Below, piece after piece: positions 20,382 through 29,543 of a DNA stretch of 64,000 bases. Position 1 is the first letter of the stretch. The number at the start of each line of letters is the position of its first letter. This DNA comes from Vulcanimicrobiota bacterium (GTDB taxonomy: Bacteria; Vulcanimicrobiota; Vulcanimicrobiia; Eremiobacterales; Eremiobacteraceae): contig CAWETU010000001.1 in NCBI GenBank assembly GCA_963812135.1, forward strand, positions 1,280,001-1,344,000. Reading direction: 5' to 3'. The translations under genes and the position numbers were made by a program. The notes beneath the pieces were generated by a model that ran no database searches, was not told the DNA's origin, and saw nothing but the letters and a program-made list of their open reading frames with translations.

Positions 20382-21065
20382 TCATCTGGTGCCCATTGAT
20401 TGGTGCATCGGACAGTTCGCCATTGCGCCCATCATAGACCCACTCTTCCCGGCGCCGCTCATTAGCTGACCCATGTTGCCTTGCATCTGGCTCATGCTGC
20501 CGGGCATCTGGCCCATACGCATATGACCCATGCCGCCATGCATCTGGTCCATGCCGCTGGGCATCGGCGATGGCGCCATCATTGCATGTGCGCCGTGATC
20601 CTTCACTTGCGCGTCGAACCACTCGTGCACCGCGGAAACTAGTGAAGCATCCTGCGTCGTGAACGCGATCTGCGCGCCGGCCGGTAGCGCGCTATAGCGC
20701 ACCTCGAGGCGCGTTGCACTCGCGCTCAATGCCTGGAGACCGGGCATGTCGCTGCCGTGGATGTAAGCAGGATCCGAGAAATTACCTGCCGCGAAGAGCT
20801 TGCTCTCCTTTTCCAGGTGCGAGCGGACCAACGCGATGTCTGCGGTATCGCTCGGGTCCTTTACTACAATCGTCTCGACGCCACCGGACGACGTCTTGCG
20901 GAAGACGTGCATGGTCTTGTTCATATCGAACGGCATGACTTGCTTGCTATGCTGTTCGACCGTAGTGGATTGGCTATCGTCCGCGCGAACGGTGGCGCCG
21001 GCCAAGGCCGTGCCGATGATCAACGCGAGTGCCGCCAGGAGAATGGTCTTCTTATCGGTTTTCAT
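20382..21065 (-). CDS. Secreted protein with Met/His-rich C-terminal tail
   Basis: Signal peptide, VMPFD..KTMHVF, HGSDMPGL, HEWFDAQVKDHG, Met-rich tail ending CPMH. Confidence 0.75.
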   Translation of the reverse strand: MKTDKKTILLAALALIIGTALAGATVRADDSQSTTVEQHSKQVMPFDMNKTMHVFRKTSSGGVETIVVKDPSDTADIALVRSHLEKESKLFAAGNFSDPAYIHGSDMPGLQALSASATRLEVRYSALPAGAQIAFTTQDASLVSAVHEWFDAQVKDHGAHAMMAPSPMPSGMDQMHGGMGHMRMGQMPGSMSQMQGNMGQLMSGAGKSGSMMGAMANCPMHQSMGTR

Positions 21066-21513
21066 AGATCACCTTTACAAGAGTGTCAACCGCGCGCAGT
21101 ACCGACGTCCGGTCCGCGCGCGGTATGCCTTGGAATAGCCGTGAGAACATCCGGCGTCGAGAGTCGGCCAATTGCGCGGCCGCTTTACGCCCGGCGGGCG
21201 TGAGCCTCAGCAGAAGAGCCCGCCCATCGCCGTCGCTGCGGGCCCGTTTGATCCATCGGCGCCCGGCAAGAGCGGCGACGAGCCGGCTGACGGTGCTCTT
21301 CTCGAGCGCGAGTCGCCGCGAGAGCTGTGTCTGTGATAACGGTGCTTGCTGAGTGAGTTCGAGTAGCGCGTGCGCCTCCGCAACCGAGACCGGTCGCCCG
21401 CACGGCGTACGATCGGGCGCGTGCAGCCCGAGCGAGCGGACCAACCGGACCATCTGCCCCTGGAAGTCTGCTGCGGTTGCGCGGCCATTCTGGCCGCGGA
21501 GGATGGTGCGCAT
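21052..21513 (-). CDS. MarR family regulator
   Basis: TPCG, LEKSTVSRLV, DGRALLLRLTPAG. Confidence 0.88.
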   Translation of the reverse strand: MRTILRGQNGRATAADFQGQMVRLVRSLGLHAPDRTPCGRPVSVAEAHALLELTQQAPLSQTQLSRRLALEKSTVSRLVAALAGRRWIKRARSDGDGRALLLRLTPAGRKAAAQLADSRRRMFSRLFQGIPRADRTSVLRAVDTLVKVIYENR

Positions 21514-21532
21514 TAGTTGTACCATACAACTA
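21514..21532. promoter_or_regulatory. Inverted repeat, probable MarR operator
   Basis: TAGTTGTA-CCA-TACAACTA abutting the MarR start codon. Confidence 0.7.
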
Positions 21533-21629
21533 TATCACCGGGGGTTCCTGCCGGCGAAACACTTGCCCACAGACCGGCCCTTGGATGGCGTTTCGGCCGG
21601 GGTGACTTGTCGTGTTACGGGGGGAGGAC

Positions 21630-21908
21630 ACCCTTGCGCCAAAGTCGTCTTGTGGGTCGATCAAAAGCAAGGTAGCAGAAGGACGTGTCGACCGGACCGT
21701 GGTGATTCGATTCTCGCTCGACGAAACGTTCGACATAGGCGAGGACACAGGCACGCCCGTCGTAGAGGACTACGCCGATAAGATGCCGTTTGCTTTCCAA
21801 GGCACGCTGCACAGGTTCGTCGTCGTGCTTCAACCGCAGAAGTTGAGCGAGGAAGACCAGCAACGCCTCCTGGCGGAACTAGCGCGCGCGTCAATGGCGG
21901 TTCACTGA
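21630..21908 (+). pseudogene. Arylsulfatase-like C-terminal fragment
   Basis: VAEGRVDRT..FSLDETFDIGEDTGTPV..DY..PFAFQG. Confidence 0.65.
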
Positions 21909-22142
21909 GAAGGCATCACGGGGGCTTTCATCACCATCAATGCGCCGGCTGCATTTCGGTAGGGCGGGTGGCTGCCTATCCCCGGTTTTTCTGACGCCAA
22001 AGTTGACACCAAATGGACGCTCCGTTGGCGCACACCGGCGCACATGCGGCAGACAAGAATATCCGGGTAACCCCTAATGAATGCCACGTCTGCGCATGTT
22101 GGCGCACATGCGCGCACGACCGCGCACATCGAGGGGAATTGT

Positions 22143-22187
22143 CTGTCAAACAGGAGGTCGTCGGTTCGAGCCCGATCAGCGTCGCCA
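22143..22187 (+). repeat. att copy (tRNA-Asp 3' half, anticodon arm altered)
   Basis: ctgtcaaacaggaggtcgtcggttcgagcccgatcagcgtcgcca, followed by a hairpin. Confidence 0.92.
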
Positions 22188-22269
22188 GTCAAAAGCCCGT
22201 GAAGTGAAACTCCGCGGGCTTTCCTTTCCTTGGCATCCCCGTCGCGTTTGACTAGTACCATATACAGTA

Positions 22270-22299
22270 TTGCAATCGTGGTATCATATATGATACTAT
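22270..22299 (+). promoter_or_regulatory. hicAB promoter with palindromic operator
   Basis: TTGCAA...TG-A-TACTAT; perfect palindrome GTATCATATATGATAC at 22281-22296. Confidence 0.7.
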
Positions 22300-22306
22300 A
22301 GTTTTG

Positions 22307-22534
22307 GTGGAGAAACGGCTTCAGCGGCTGTACGACCAAGTAGCCAAGAATCGCAAGAATTGCCGCTATGAGGATCTGGAGCGGTTGTTGCTAGCTGCGG
22401 GGTTTACGCTCCGAAAAACGGGTGGATCGCACATGATCTTCAAGCGCGGTTCAAGCATACTGAGCGTGCCGAAGCGGAAACCCGTCAAAGAGCACTATGT
22501 CAGTGAGGCCCTCTCAATGATCGCTGAGACCTGA
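22307..22534 (+). CDS. hicA: HicA toxin
   Basis: LLLAAGFTLRKTGGSHMIFK..LSVP. Confidence 0.85.
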   Translation: MEKRLQRLYDQVAKNRKNCRYEDLERLLLAAGFTLRKTGGSHMIFKRGSSILSVPKRKPVKEHYVSEALSMIAET

Positions 22535-22563
22535 AGAGGCCGCCCTAACTGGAGAAGTATGAT

Positions 22564-22941
22564 ATGGCAAACGTAACCGTGAAGCGAGACAAGATAAAAA
22601 AATATCTCGCGAAGCCCTATGCCCGGGAATTGATTCGGAACGAAGACGGGACCTGGTTTGCTCGAGTCATGGAGCTCAAGGGTTGCATGACTGAAGGCAA
22701 TACGAAAGAGGAGGCTCTCAAGAATCTTGATGATGCGATGAAAGGCTGGATTGATGTCGCAATTGCAGATGGCGAGTCCATACCCGAGCCACTCGAATCG
22801 CGCTCTTTTAGCGGCAAGTTTGTGGTTCGCGTTCCGCGGTCGCTGCATCGGAACTTGGCAAAGCATGCAGAGGTCGAGGGCGTAAGCTTGAATCAAGTCG
22901 TTGTGGCGGCCTTGGCCAGAGAAATCGGGCAGAAGAAGTAA
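22564..22941 (+). CDS. hicB: HicB antitoxin (RHH C-terminus)
   Basis: ELKGCMTEGNTKEEAL, IPEP, SGKFVVRVPRSLH, GVSLNQ. Confidence 0.9.
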   Translation: MANVTVKRDKIKKYLAKPYARELIRNEDGTWFARVMELKGCMTEGNTKEEALKNLDDAMKGWIDVAIADGESIPEPLESRSFSGKFVVRVPRSLHRNLAKHAEVEGVSLNQVVVAALAREIGQKK

Positions 22942-22954
22942 ACGGGCGGGATTG

Positions 22955-23081
22955 AAGCGTCCATAATCAGGATCGATTTGGTGCCATCGCCGGGCGTCGG
23001 GAACGCAAACAGATCAGTGTAGTCTAAGCGCGCATCCCCATGGGGGAACGTAACGTCGGGACCCGAGTAATGGTGGGACAT
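22955..23081 (-). pseudogene. DUF4331-like N-terminal fragment
   Basis: MSHHYSGPD..DARLDYTDLFAFP, AAGGAG RBS, truncated at the hicB boundary. Confidence 0.65.
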
Positions 23082-23309
23082 AGTTTATTTTCTCCTTCGC
23101 TGGCAGTATTCCCGATTTCAGCGCCGGACGGCCGATCAATGGTACTGCTGCATATGGCGATGTGCAAGGACACGTATGTTCGCATCGCGGCTGCTTTTCA
23201 CTACGCAGAAGTGTTTGAAGAGCGCCGACAGGTATTGCGCTTCAAGGTGGAGAGAGCGACGCTTTCTGACGTACAAGCGTAGGTTCCGAGTTCTAAGAGG
23301 AGGCGCACC

Positions 23310-24350
23310 ATGCACGAGGATCTCAACCTCGGCCGCCGCAAATTCTTTGGGAAGGCGGCGATGACCATCGTTGCCGCTGAGCTCGGCATGCTAAGCCCTG
23401 CGAGCGCGCAATTGAGCAGCGCTCCAGTAGCCGTGACGCCGGCGAGTCCGAAGAATACCTCGTTTGCGTCCATCAAACAAGTCAACGCCGGCGTTCTCAA
23501 CATCGGGTACGCTGAGGATGGACCGGCCGATGGGCAGCCAGTAATCCTGCTGCACGGATGGCCCTTTGACATCCACGCGTTCGTCGATGTCGCTCCGCTG
23601 CTGGCGAAGGCTGGGTTTCGCGTCATCGTTCCGTATCAACGTGGCTATGGCTCGACGACGTTCCTCTCTGCCGACACGTTTCGCAACGCTCAGCAGTCGA
23701 TTTGCGGCGAAGATGTCGTCAACTTGATGGACGCGCTCAAGATCAAGAAGGCGATCATCGGCGGTTTCGATATCGGATCGCGAACGGCGGCCGTCGTGGG
23801 GATCCTTTGGCCCGAGCGGGTCAAGGCGTTGGTGCTCGTTAGCGGCTATTTGATCGCCAACGTACCGGCAAACAAGCTACCGGCACCGCCGAGAGCCGAA
23901 TATGCCTTTTGGTACCAGTGGTATTTCTCGACGCAACGCGGGCTCTTAGGCTACACGCAGTACACCTACGATTTCAGCAAACTCGTCTGGACACTCCAGT
24001 CGCCGAAATGGCAGTTCAGCGATGCGACATACGATCTCACGGCGGCGTCGTTCAAGAATCCCGATCATGTGGCGATTGTGATACACAACTACCGTTGGCG
24101 CATCGGCCTCGCGGCAGGAGATCCGAAATACGACAGCTTGGAGAACAAGCTCTTCGCGGGTCCTGCCATCGATCTGCCCACAGTCACGATCGCAAGCGAT
24201 TTCGACGGCGCGAACGCGAGCGGCGCTGCATACCGGAGCAAGTTCACGGGCAAGTACTCGCACCGGATCCTCAGCGGCATCGGTCACGATGTGCCACAGG
24301 AGGCGCCGCAAGCGTTTTCGGACGCGATCGTCACCGTCGCCGGCTATTAG
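23310..24350 (+). CDS. Tat-exported alpha/beta hydrolase (epoxide-hydrolase-like)
   Basis: GRRKFFG signal, LLHGWP, RGYG, GFDIGS, GIGHDVPQEAP. Confidence 0.88.
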   Translation: MHEDLNLGRRKFFGKAAMTIVAAELGMLSPASAQLSSAPVAVTPASPKNTSFASIKQVNAGVLNIGYAEDGPADGQPVILLHGWPFDIHAFVDVAPLLAKAGFRVIVPYQRGYGSTTFLSADTFRNAQQSICGEDVVNLMDALKIKKAIIGGFDIGSRTAAVVGILWPERVKALVLVSGYLIANVPANKLPAPPRAEYAFWYQWYFSTQRGLLGYTQYTYDFSKLVWTLQSPKWQFSDATYDLTAASFKNPDHVAIVIHNYRWRIGLAAGDPKYDSLENKLFAGPAIDLPTVTIASDFDGANASGAAYRSKFTGKYSHRILSGIGHDVPQEAPQAFSDAIVTVAGY

Positions 24351-24369
24351 GTGCCCCGCAACTGAAGTA

Positions 24370-24531
24370 TGGGCGGTTACGGGAGATGAGCTGGCCGCGC
24401 ACTTGGCTCCACACTTTGTCGGATGGGCGCTTCCCGACTACTACGTTTTCGTGGAGTCGATCCCACACGCGTCCGTGGACAAGGCGGACAAGAAGGAACT
24501 CCGTGACGACTACAGGGATTGGCGGCCCTAA
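24370..24531 (+). pseudogene. Acyl-CoA ligase C-terminal fragment
   Basis: HLAPHFVGWALPDYYVFVESIPHASVDKADKKELR. Confidence 0.6.
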
Positions 24532-24547
24532 CTGAATCTCATTCGCC

Positions 24548-25147
24548 ATGAGGTGGCTGCCTATGCGTCGTCTGCTTTGTTTTACGTTGGTGGTTATCGC
24601 ACTTAACATCGCTTTGAAAGCCGCACAGGCGTCGGTGGATTTGGACCGTTGGTTCCTTGACGCCACCGCGTCTCAGGCCAAAGTGACGGCGACACAACTC
24701 GCGAAGCCAGACTTCTTGGGCGGCAGTTCGCTGTCAAGCAATTGCCATTTCCCTTATAATGGCAAGCTGCCGGCCTTGGCCGGCGTGTGGCAGCTGTTAA
24801 AGTACGACCGCAAGCATCAAATAGGCTTGGCATACGCGACGACGGACCAATGCAGCTCCGCCCTCTTCAAAGCTTCTCCGCCGCCTGCTTCCGTACCAGA
24901 TGGCGATCTGTCGCAATATGGCACCGCGCGAGGATTGAAGATCGGCAGCAGCTATGCCCAAGTGCTTTCTACGTACGGGCTGCCCGCCAGGCACGGGCAG
25001 CACTTCGTGGCTGCGTATAGCGCGAGCGTGCCCTCCACGGACCTCAAAAACAAGCCGATCAAGCTTCCCGAGATCATCACGTTGGTGATCGAGGACGGCA
25101 GAATTTCGTCGATAACGATCTACGTCGACGAAGGCGGCCTGTTCTAA
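24548..25147 (+). CDS. Secreted hypothetical protein
   Basis: Signal peptide; TARGLKIGSSYAQVLSTYG pattern. Confidence 0.65.
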   Translation: MRWLPMRRLLCFTLVVIALNIALKAAQASVDLDRWFLDATASQAKVTATQLAKPDFLGGSSLSSNCHFPYNGKLPALAGVWQLLKYDRKHQIGLAYATTDQCSSALFKASPPPASVPDGDLSQYGTARGLKIGSSYAQVLSTYGLPARHGQHFVAAYSASVPSTDLKNKPIKLPEIITLVIEDGRISSITIYVDEGGLF

Positions 25148-25181
25148 GGATGGTTTCCAAGCTCGGTCCCGGCTGCATAGA

Positions 25182-27061
25182 TCAGTTGCACGCGGGCGCG
25201 AGATCGTCGTCGAGATGGTTGCCGTGCCCTTTCTTGCGGTCAGCGTCGACCGATCGTTGTGCAGCTCGCAAATCTGGGTCACGGTCGCGAAGTTGTAGGG
25301 TCCGAGGCTTGTATCGGAAGCCGAAGTGTATTGCCAGGGGATGACCGCCTTCACGAAGCCGGGGTCGAACGACCGGTGTGGTTGCGCTCCCGACCAAACC
25401 GAGTCAGTCAATTTGAGCAGCCATCCCTTGCCCAGCGCGAACGATCTGGCTTCAATCCACGGCGGATTAAGGATGGGATGATCCCAGCCTTCGTGCCACT
25501 TGCCGTCCTCCCACCCGTAATAGCCGGTCGCGCTGAATTGCACGTCTTTCTCGCGGACCTTGATGTATTGGAATGAGACCGTGTCGGGTTGGAGGTAGAC
25601 GTTCGCGTCGAAGCCGACGCTGGGAATGCCTTGGAAGTGGTGGAAGAAATCGGCATCGGGCGGCGGCGTGGCTTGATTGGCGGGGATGACCTCAAAGAGC
25701 GGATCCTGTGGCGTCAATATCTTGAAGGTGATCGTCGCGGTGGCATGTGTCACTGCGTCAACGGCCTCGATCGTCACCGCCGGTGCAGCTGTGATGCTCG
25801 CGGTGTACGTGACGGTCTTGCCACTGGTCGATGAGAGTTTCCCAAGACCGCTCGCATTCGACCACTGCGCGCTGTTGCCCGAGAAGGTCAGCGTCACCGG
25901 CTCGTTGACGCCGAGATCGTGGCGTGACCGATCAGCCGGCTCCGTCGCGACCGTCTCTGAAGTGATTTCTGCGCTCGGCGACGGTGAGGGCGTCGGCTGC
26001 GGCGGAGCGCCGCCAGGTTGCGGCGCTTGTGTCAGCGGCTGCACCGAATCGGAGCCCGGGTTGTTCACCACGTTCGAAAACGGAACGTTTGCACCGCCGG
26101 ACGGAGGACCGAGGCCGAACAGCCGCGTGCCGCTGACTTGTGAGGCCGCAAGAACGCGGACCTCGTACGTGCCGGGTGTGGCGAAGTTGCCGCTCGTCAC
26201 GAAGCGGACGTAGACGCGATCTGAGTAACGGCTCCACGGCGTGTCCCCCGAACCAGCGTGCTCCGGCGGCGCGTAGGGAATCAGTTCGCGTACCAGCTCG
26301 TTAAATGTCGGTGGAGGCTGCGCCATCTCCTCGCGTAGCCGCTGCATCTCCAGCACAGCCTGCCCGACCGAGCCGAGGCGGCCAAGCGCACCGTCGAAGG
26401 ACGGCATGCCTGGCACTTTCGACGCGACTTGATCGTACTGCGCGCGGATGCTCGTGTAGACATCCGCGTTGAGACGAGAGCGAAAATCCGGAATGACCCG
26501 ATCGACGATCGCGCGCTGGGCCTGCGGCATCGCGCTGTACGGAAGCCCCGCTTGGATGTCCCACGAGAGCACCTGCACTGCGCGATGATCGAGTTGATAC
26601 GATGGAATGCGCGAGTTGAGCGCTCGGAAGATGTCAGCCGCGGAGCCGCGCAGGGGCGCGACGAGGTAGCGGTGGCCGCTTGGGCTATGCGCGTGCGCCT
26701 TCATGCAAAAGACGTCAACGCTGAAGGCGTAGTCGCCTGGCGGCAGCGAGACCGTGCCGTCTGTTGAGGCGCGAAGCAGCGCGGTGATGTTGCGCGCGCT
26801 CGCTGCGGCGAACGGCAGTCCAGGCAGGTTGGCGGTTGGATACGCGTCTGATGGCGACACGACAATAGGAAGCTGATCGCCGATCGTCTTGCCGAAGGAC
26901 GAGAGCGCGGCGCGAACCGTGGCATCCTGCGCGGCTCCGGCCGGATTGGGAATCGGAATCGGGAACGCGACACTCGACGTGGCGGTTGCAAGCAGGATGA
27001 TGCAACCCGCGATCAACGCGTATGCCAATGCCGTCCGGAACCTCACCGCGAGCCGCCACAC
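25182..27061 (-). CDS. Secreted modular protein with thioester-domain-like N-terminus (probable 1-bp frameshift near 25200)
   Basis: VFCMK, VQVLSW and VQPL motifs; paralog at 48258-50103; alternate-frame end APACN-TGA avoids overlap with 24548-25147. Confidence 0.65.
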
Positions 27062-27222
27062 AGGTCAGCCGTTCTTTAGTGCAATCGCGTTTCCCACCCT
27101 GAAACGCGGAGATGCAACGCCGCGCCCTAAGTCGCCGTCCGCCGCAGTCCGTGCTCGTACGATCTCTCCAATGGCCCGTCCATGCCCGTGCGGGTGTGTG
27201 CGCTCAAGTGCAAATGGCGTGC

Positions 27223-27265
27223 GTCACGCAGGAGGTCGACGGTTCGAGCCCGATCAGCGTCGCCA
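27223..27265 (+). repeat. Distal att copy (tRNA-Asp 3' half)
   Basis: gtcacgcaggaggtcgacggttcgagcccgatcagcgtcgcca plus hairpin AGGAACCC..GGGTTCCT. Confidence 0.92.
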
Positions 27266-27384
27266 GGTCTAGGAACCCGTGCAGCATGCTTCATGGGTTC
27301 CTTCGTCTAACCAAGCCATTATAGCCCGCTTATTTCGGCGATCCCGCGAAATTGGATTAGTATCCTAGTAGAAAGGGGCATCGT

Positions 27385-28134
27385 ATGCGAGTCATTCGTG
27401 TTCTCGCGATGGTCACTCTACTTTCGTTCCTCGGTCCTCTTGTGGGCCTATTTCCCGCGGGGCGAGCCCTCGCTGGCAACGTTCGCATCGTCGTCAACGG
27501 TCAAGAGGTGACGTTCGACCAGCCACCGATCGAGCGAAGCGGACGTGTTTTTGTGCCGCTGCGCGGCGTATTCGAGCGCCTTGGCGCAAGCGTCGTCTAT
27601 GACAACGGTTTGATCAACGCCAGCGGCAACGGCCGCAACATCCAACTGCACATAGGCTCAACGTCGGCAACCGTCAACGGCCAGACGACCTCCTTGGATG
27701 TCGCCCCCTTCTTGGTGGGCGCGCGCACGTTGGTACCGTTGCGTTTCATCTCCGAGTCGTTGGGAGCGAACGTCAACTACGATGGCAGCTCTCAGACCGT
27801 GACCGTTGCATTGGCCGCTGCGCAGGGCCCGCCACTTCCGACGGCAACCCCCGCTGGGGTCAGGGTCATCAACATCGTCGCGTCCAACTGGCAGTTCACT
27901 CCGAACACCATCACCCTTGCGGCTGGAAGGGCCGTGACGCTGCGATTGACGTCCGCTTCCGGCGTGCATGGGATCCAATCAAACGAACTCGGGATCCCGC
28001 TCACGGCGATCAAGCCTGACCAATTCGTACAAACGACCTTTATTCCGAAAGCGGCAGGAACATACGTCATCCATTGCGCGATTGAGTGCGGCGCTGGCCA
28101 TAGCAACATGACCCTCACCATTATGGTGAAATAA
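27385..28134 (+). CDS. Stalk-domain protein with CuA-type cupredoxin domain
   Basis: FVPLRGVFERLGA; GVHG...CAIECGAGHSNM. Confidence 0.8.
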   Translation: MRVIRVLAMVTLLSFLGPLVGLFPAGRALAGNVRIVVNGQEVTFDQPPIERSGRVFVPLRGVFERLGASVVYDNGLINASGNGRNIQLHIGSTSATVNGQTTSLDVAPFLVGARTLVPLRFISESLGANVNYDGSSQTVTVALAAAQGPPLPTATPAGVRVINIVASNWQFTPNTITLAAGRAVTLRLTSASGVHGIQSNELGIPLTAIKPDQFVQTTFIPKAAGTYVIHCAIECGAGHSNMTLTIMVK

Positions 28135-28159
28135 CGTCGGGTTTCTTGTTACTGGTCGC

Positions 28160-29353
28160 TCACAGCAGCTGTTCGAGAACGACCGCGTGGCTCGAGCTCT
28201 TGCCATGAGACTGGCTCACGACCGTTATCGACGTCCCCGGCAGGTTCGTCGCGAACATTGCTCTGAGCGATAAGACGTCCCCGGGGTCGACTCGTCGGCC
28301 ATTCACGGCCACGATGTCGTCGCCTTGCTGTAACCCGGCATTCGATGCGGGCCCTGAAGGCAGCAGGCCGGCGACGTACGCGTGGTCGTCGTGCGTGGAG
28401 ATCCACAGGCCGCCGCGATCGTATCCGTCGCGAACCGCAAAATCCGCGCTCTTCCAAACATATAAGGTGCTGTGCGGATAATCGTAGACGATGTTGAAGC
28501 GCCTGAGAACTCCACCGCCGATGCTCGCCGCGGCGATGTTTGATTCAAAAGCTCCGCCGCTTTGACGTGAGGCGCGCGTTGTAATATTGGTGAGACGGGC
28601 GCCCAAGATGTCGAACTGCGGTAACGTAAACACGTCTGCGTAGACCGGACCGCCGACGCCAAAACCTGTCAGCACGTCTCGTACGCCGCCAAATCGTCCA
28701 TACATGCTGTGCTGCCTGGCAAAGGGGCCGAACAGAGTGAGCGACGTACGATCGCCGGTATCGATGAGTATCCGTCCGGGCTGATCTTGTATGCGGCCTT
28801 GCACGAAGACAAAGCCGGAATCCAGCGTGAACGGAACGGAAATGGCGTCAGACGGAAGCGCAAGACGTTCGCGGCTCAGTGTCAGAACGTGTCGATCCAT
28901 GTCGACTTCGACGGCGTAATGCCGCAGCATCGAGTACCCGATGATCCCATCGAGGCGGCGCAGGCCAATGCCTTCGCGGATGGCCGACAGATCCAGAATC
29001 GTCGCTTGTTGGTTCGAAGCGTGGGCGGTGCCAACGTCGAGCGCTGCAACAAGCGCGGTTGAATAGGATACGGTGTGGCTTCCCGCCCCGCCGAGGGTAC
29101 CTGCGTGTTCCCCGTGCAGATCCAGCCGATGCGCGAGTGTGCGATCGATCGTTATATCGCCCGCCCCGGTGTCGATGACAAAAGCATACGGCCCTTGTCC
29201 ATTGATCTTGCACTGGACGAATATGCGATTGTCTTCAAACGAGAATGGCACTGTGGCGGATTGGAATTGGGTCGCCGCGGCTGCGGGGCACATATGCGCT
29301 GCGCCGTAAGCGAAGAGCAGACCTAAGATGATCCGGGCAATCGACTTATGCAT
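28160..29353 (-). CDS. Secreted aspartyl protease (two retropepsin-like domains) + PDZ
   Basis: FVIDTGA, ILIDTGD, GPASNAGLQQGDDIVAVNG. Confidence 0.85.
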   Translation of the reverse strand: MHKSIARIILGLLFAYGAAHMCPAAAATQFQSATVPFSFEDNRIFVQCKINGQGPYAFVIDTGAGDITIDRTLAHRLDLHGEHAGTLGGAGSHTVSYSTALVAALDVGTAHASNQQATILDLSAIREGIGLRRLDGIIGYSMLRHYAVEVDMDRHVLTLSRERLALPSDAISVPFTLDSGFVFVQGRIQDQPGRILIDTGDRTSLTLFGPFARQHSMYGRFGGVRDVLTGFGVGGPVYADVFTLPQFDILGARLTNITTRASRQSGGAFESNIAAASIGGGVLRRFNIVYDYPHSTLYVWKSADFAVRDGYDRGGLWISTHDDHAYVAGLLPSGPASNAGLQQGDDIVAVNGRRVDPGDVLSLRAMFATNLPGTSITVVSQSHGKSSSHAVVLEQLL

Positions 29354-29543
29354 CCTATGCTCTTGGACGTTCAGTGGTCTGGCTCATGTGCAAATGTTGC
29401 CAGCGGCGTGCCAGCGAAACGGCACTCCAAAAGAGCATGAGTGGCCGACGCTAGCGCAGTGATTTTTCGTTCACAGATATACGGCCATGCCTGCCACGAT
29501 CTTCATCGAGCCAGGGGTCAGTGATCGGGAGACGCCTCGCGTG

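Larger units (their letters stand above)
11110..27265. mobile_element. Tandem array of four integrase-less genomic islands at tRNA-Asp
   Basis: tRNA 3'-half direct repeats at 15640, 20082, 22143 and 27223; arm-like tandem repeats; TA modules; gene fragments. Confidence 0.85.

Noticed and set aside
24797..25181. Real antiparallel overlap of the 754-aa ORF with 24548-25147
   Set aside because: Better explained by a 1-bp frameshift near 25200 that bypasses the stop at 25182.
11064..27265. CRISPR array or integron attC array
   Set aside because: The repeats are tRNA 3' halves spaced by kilobases; no cas or intI gene and no attC R/L box structure was seen.
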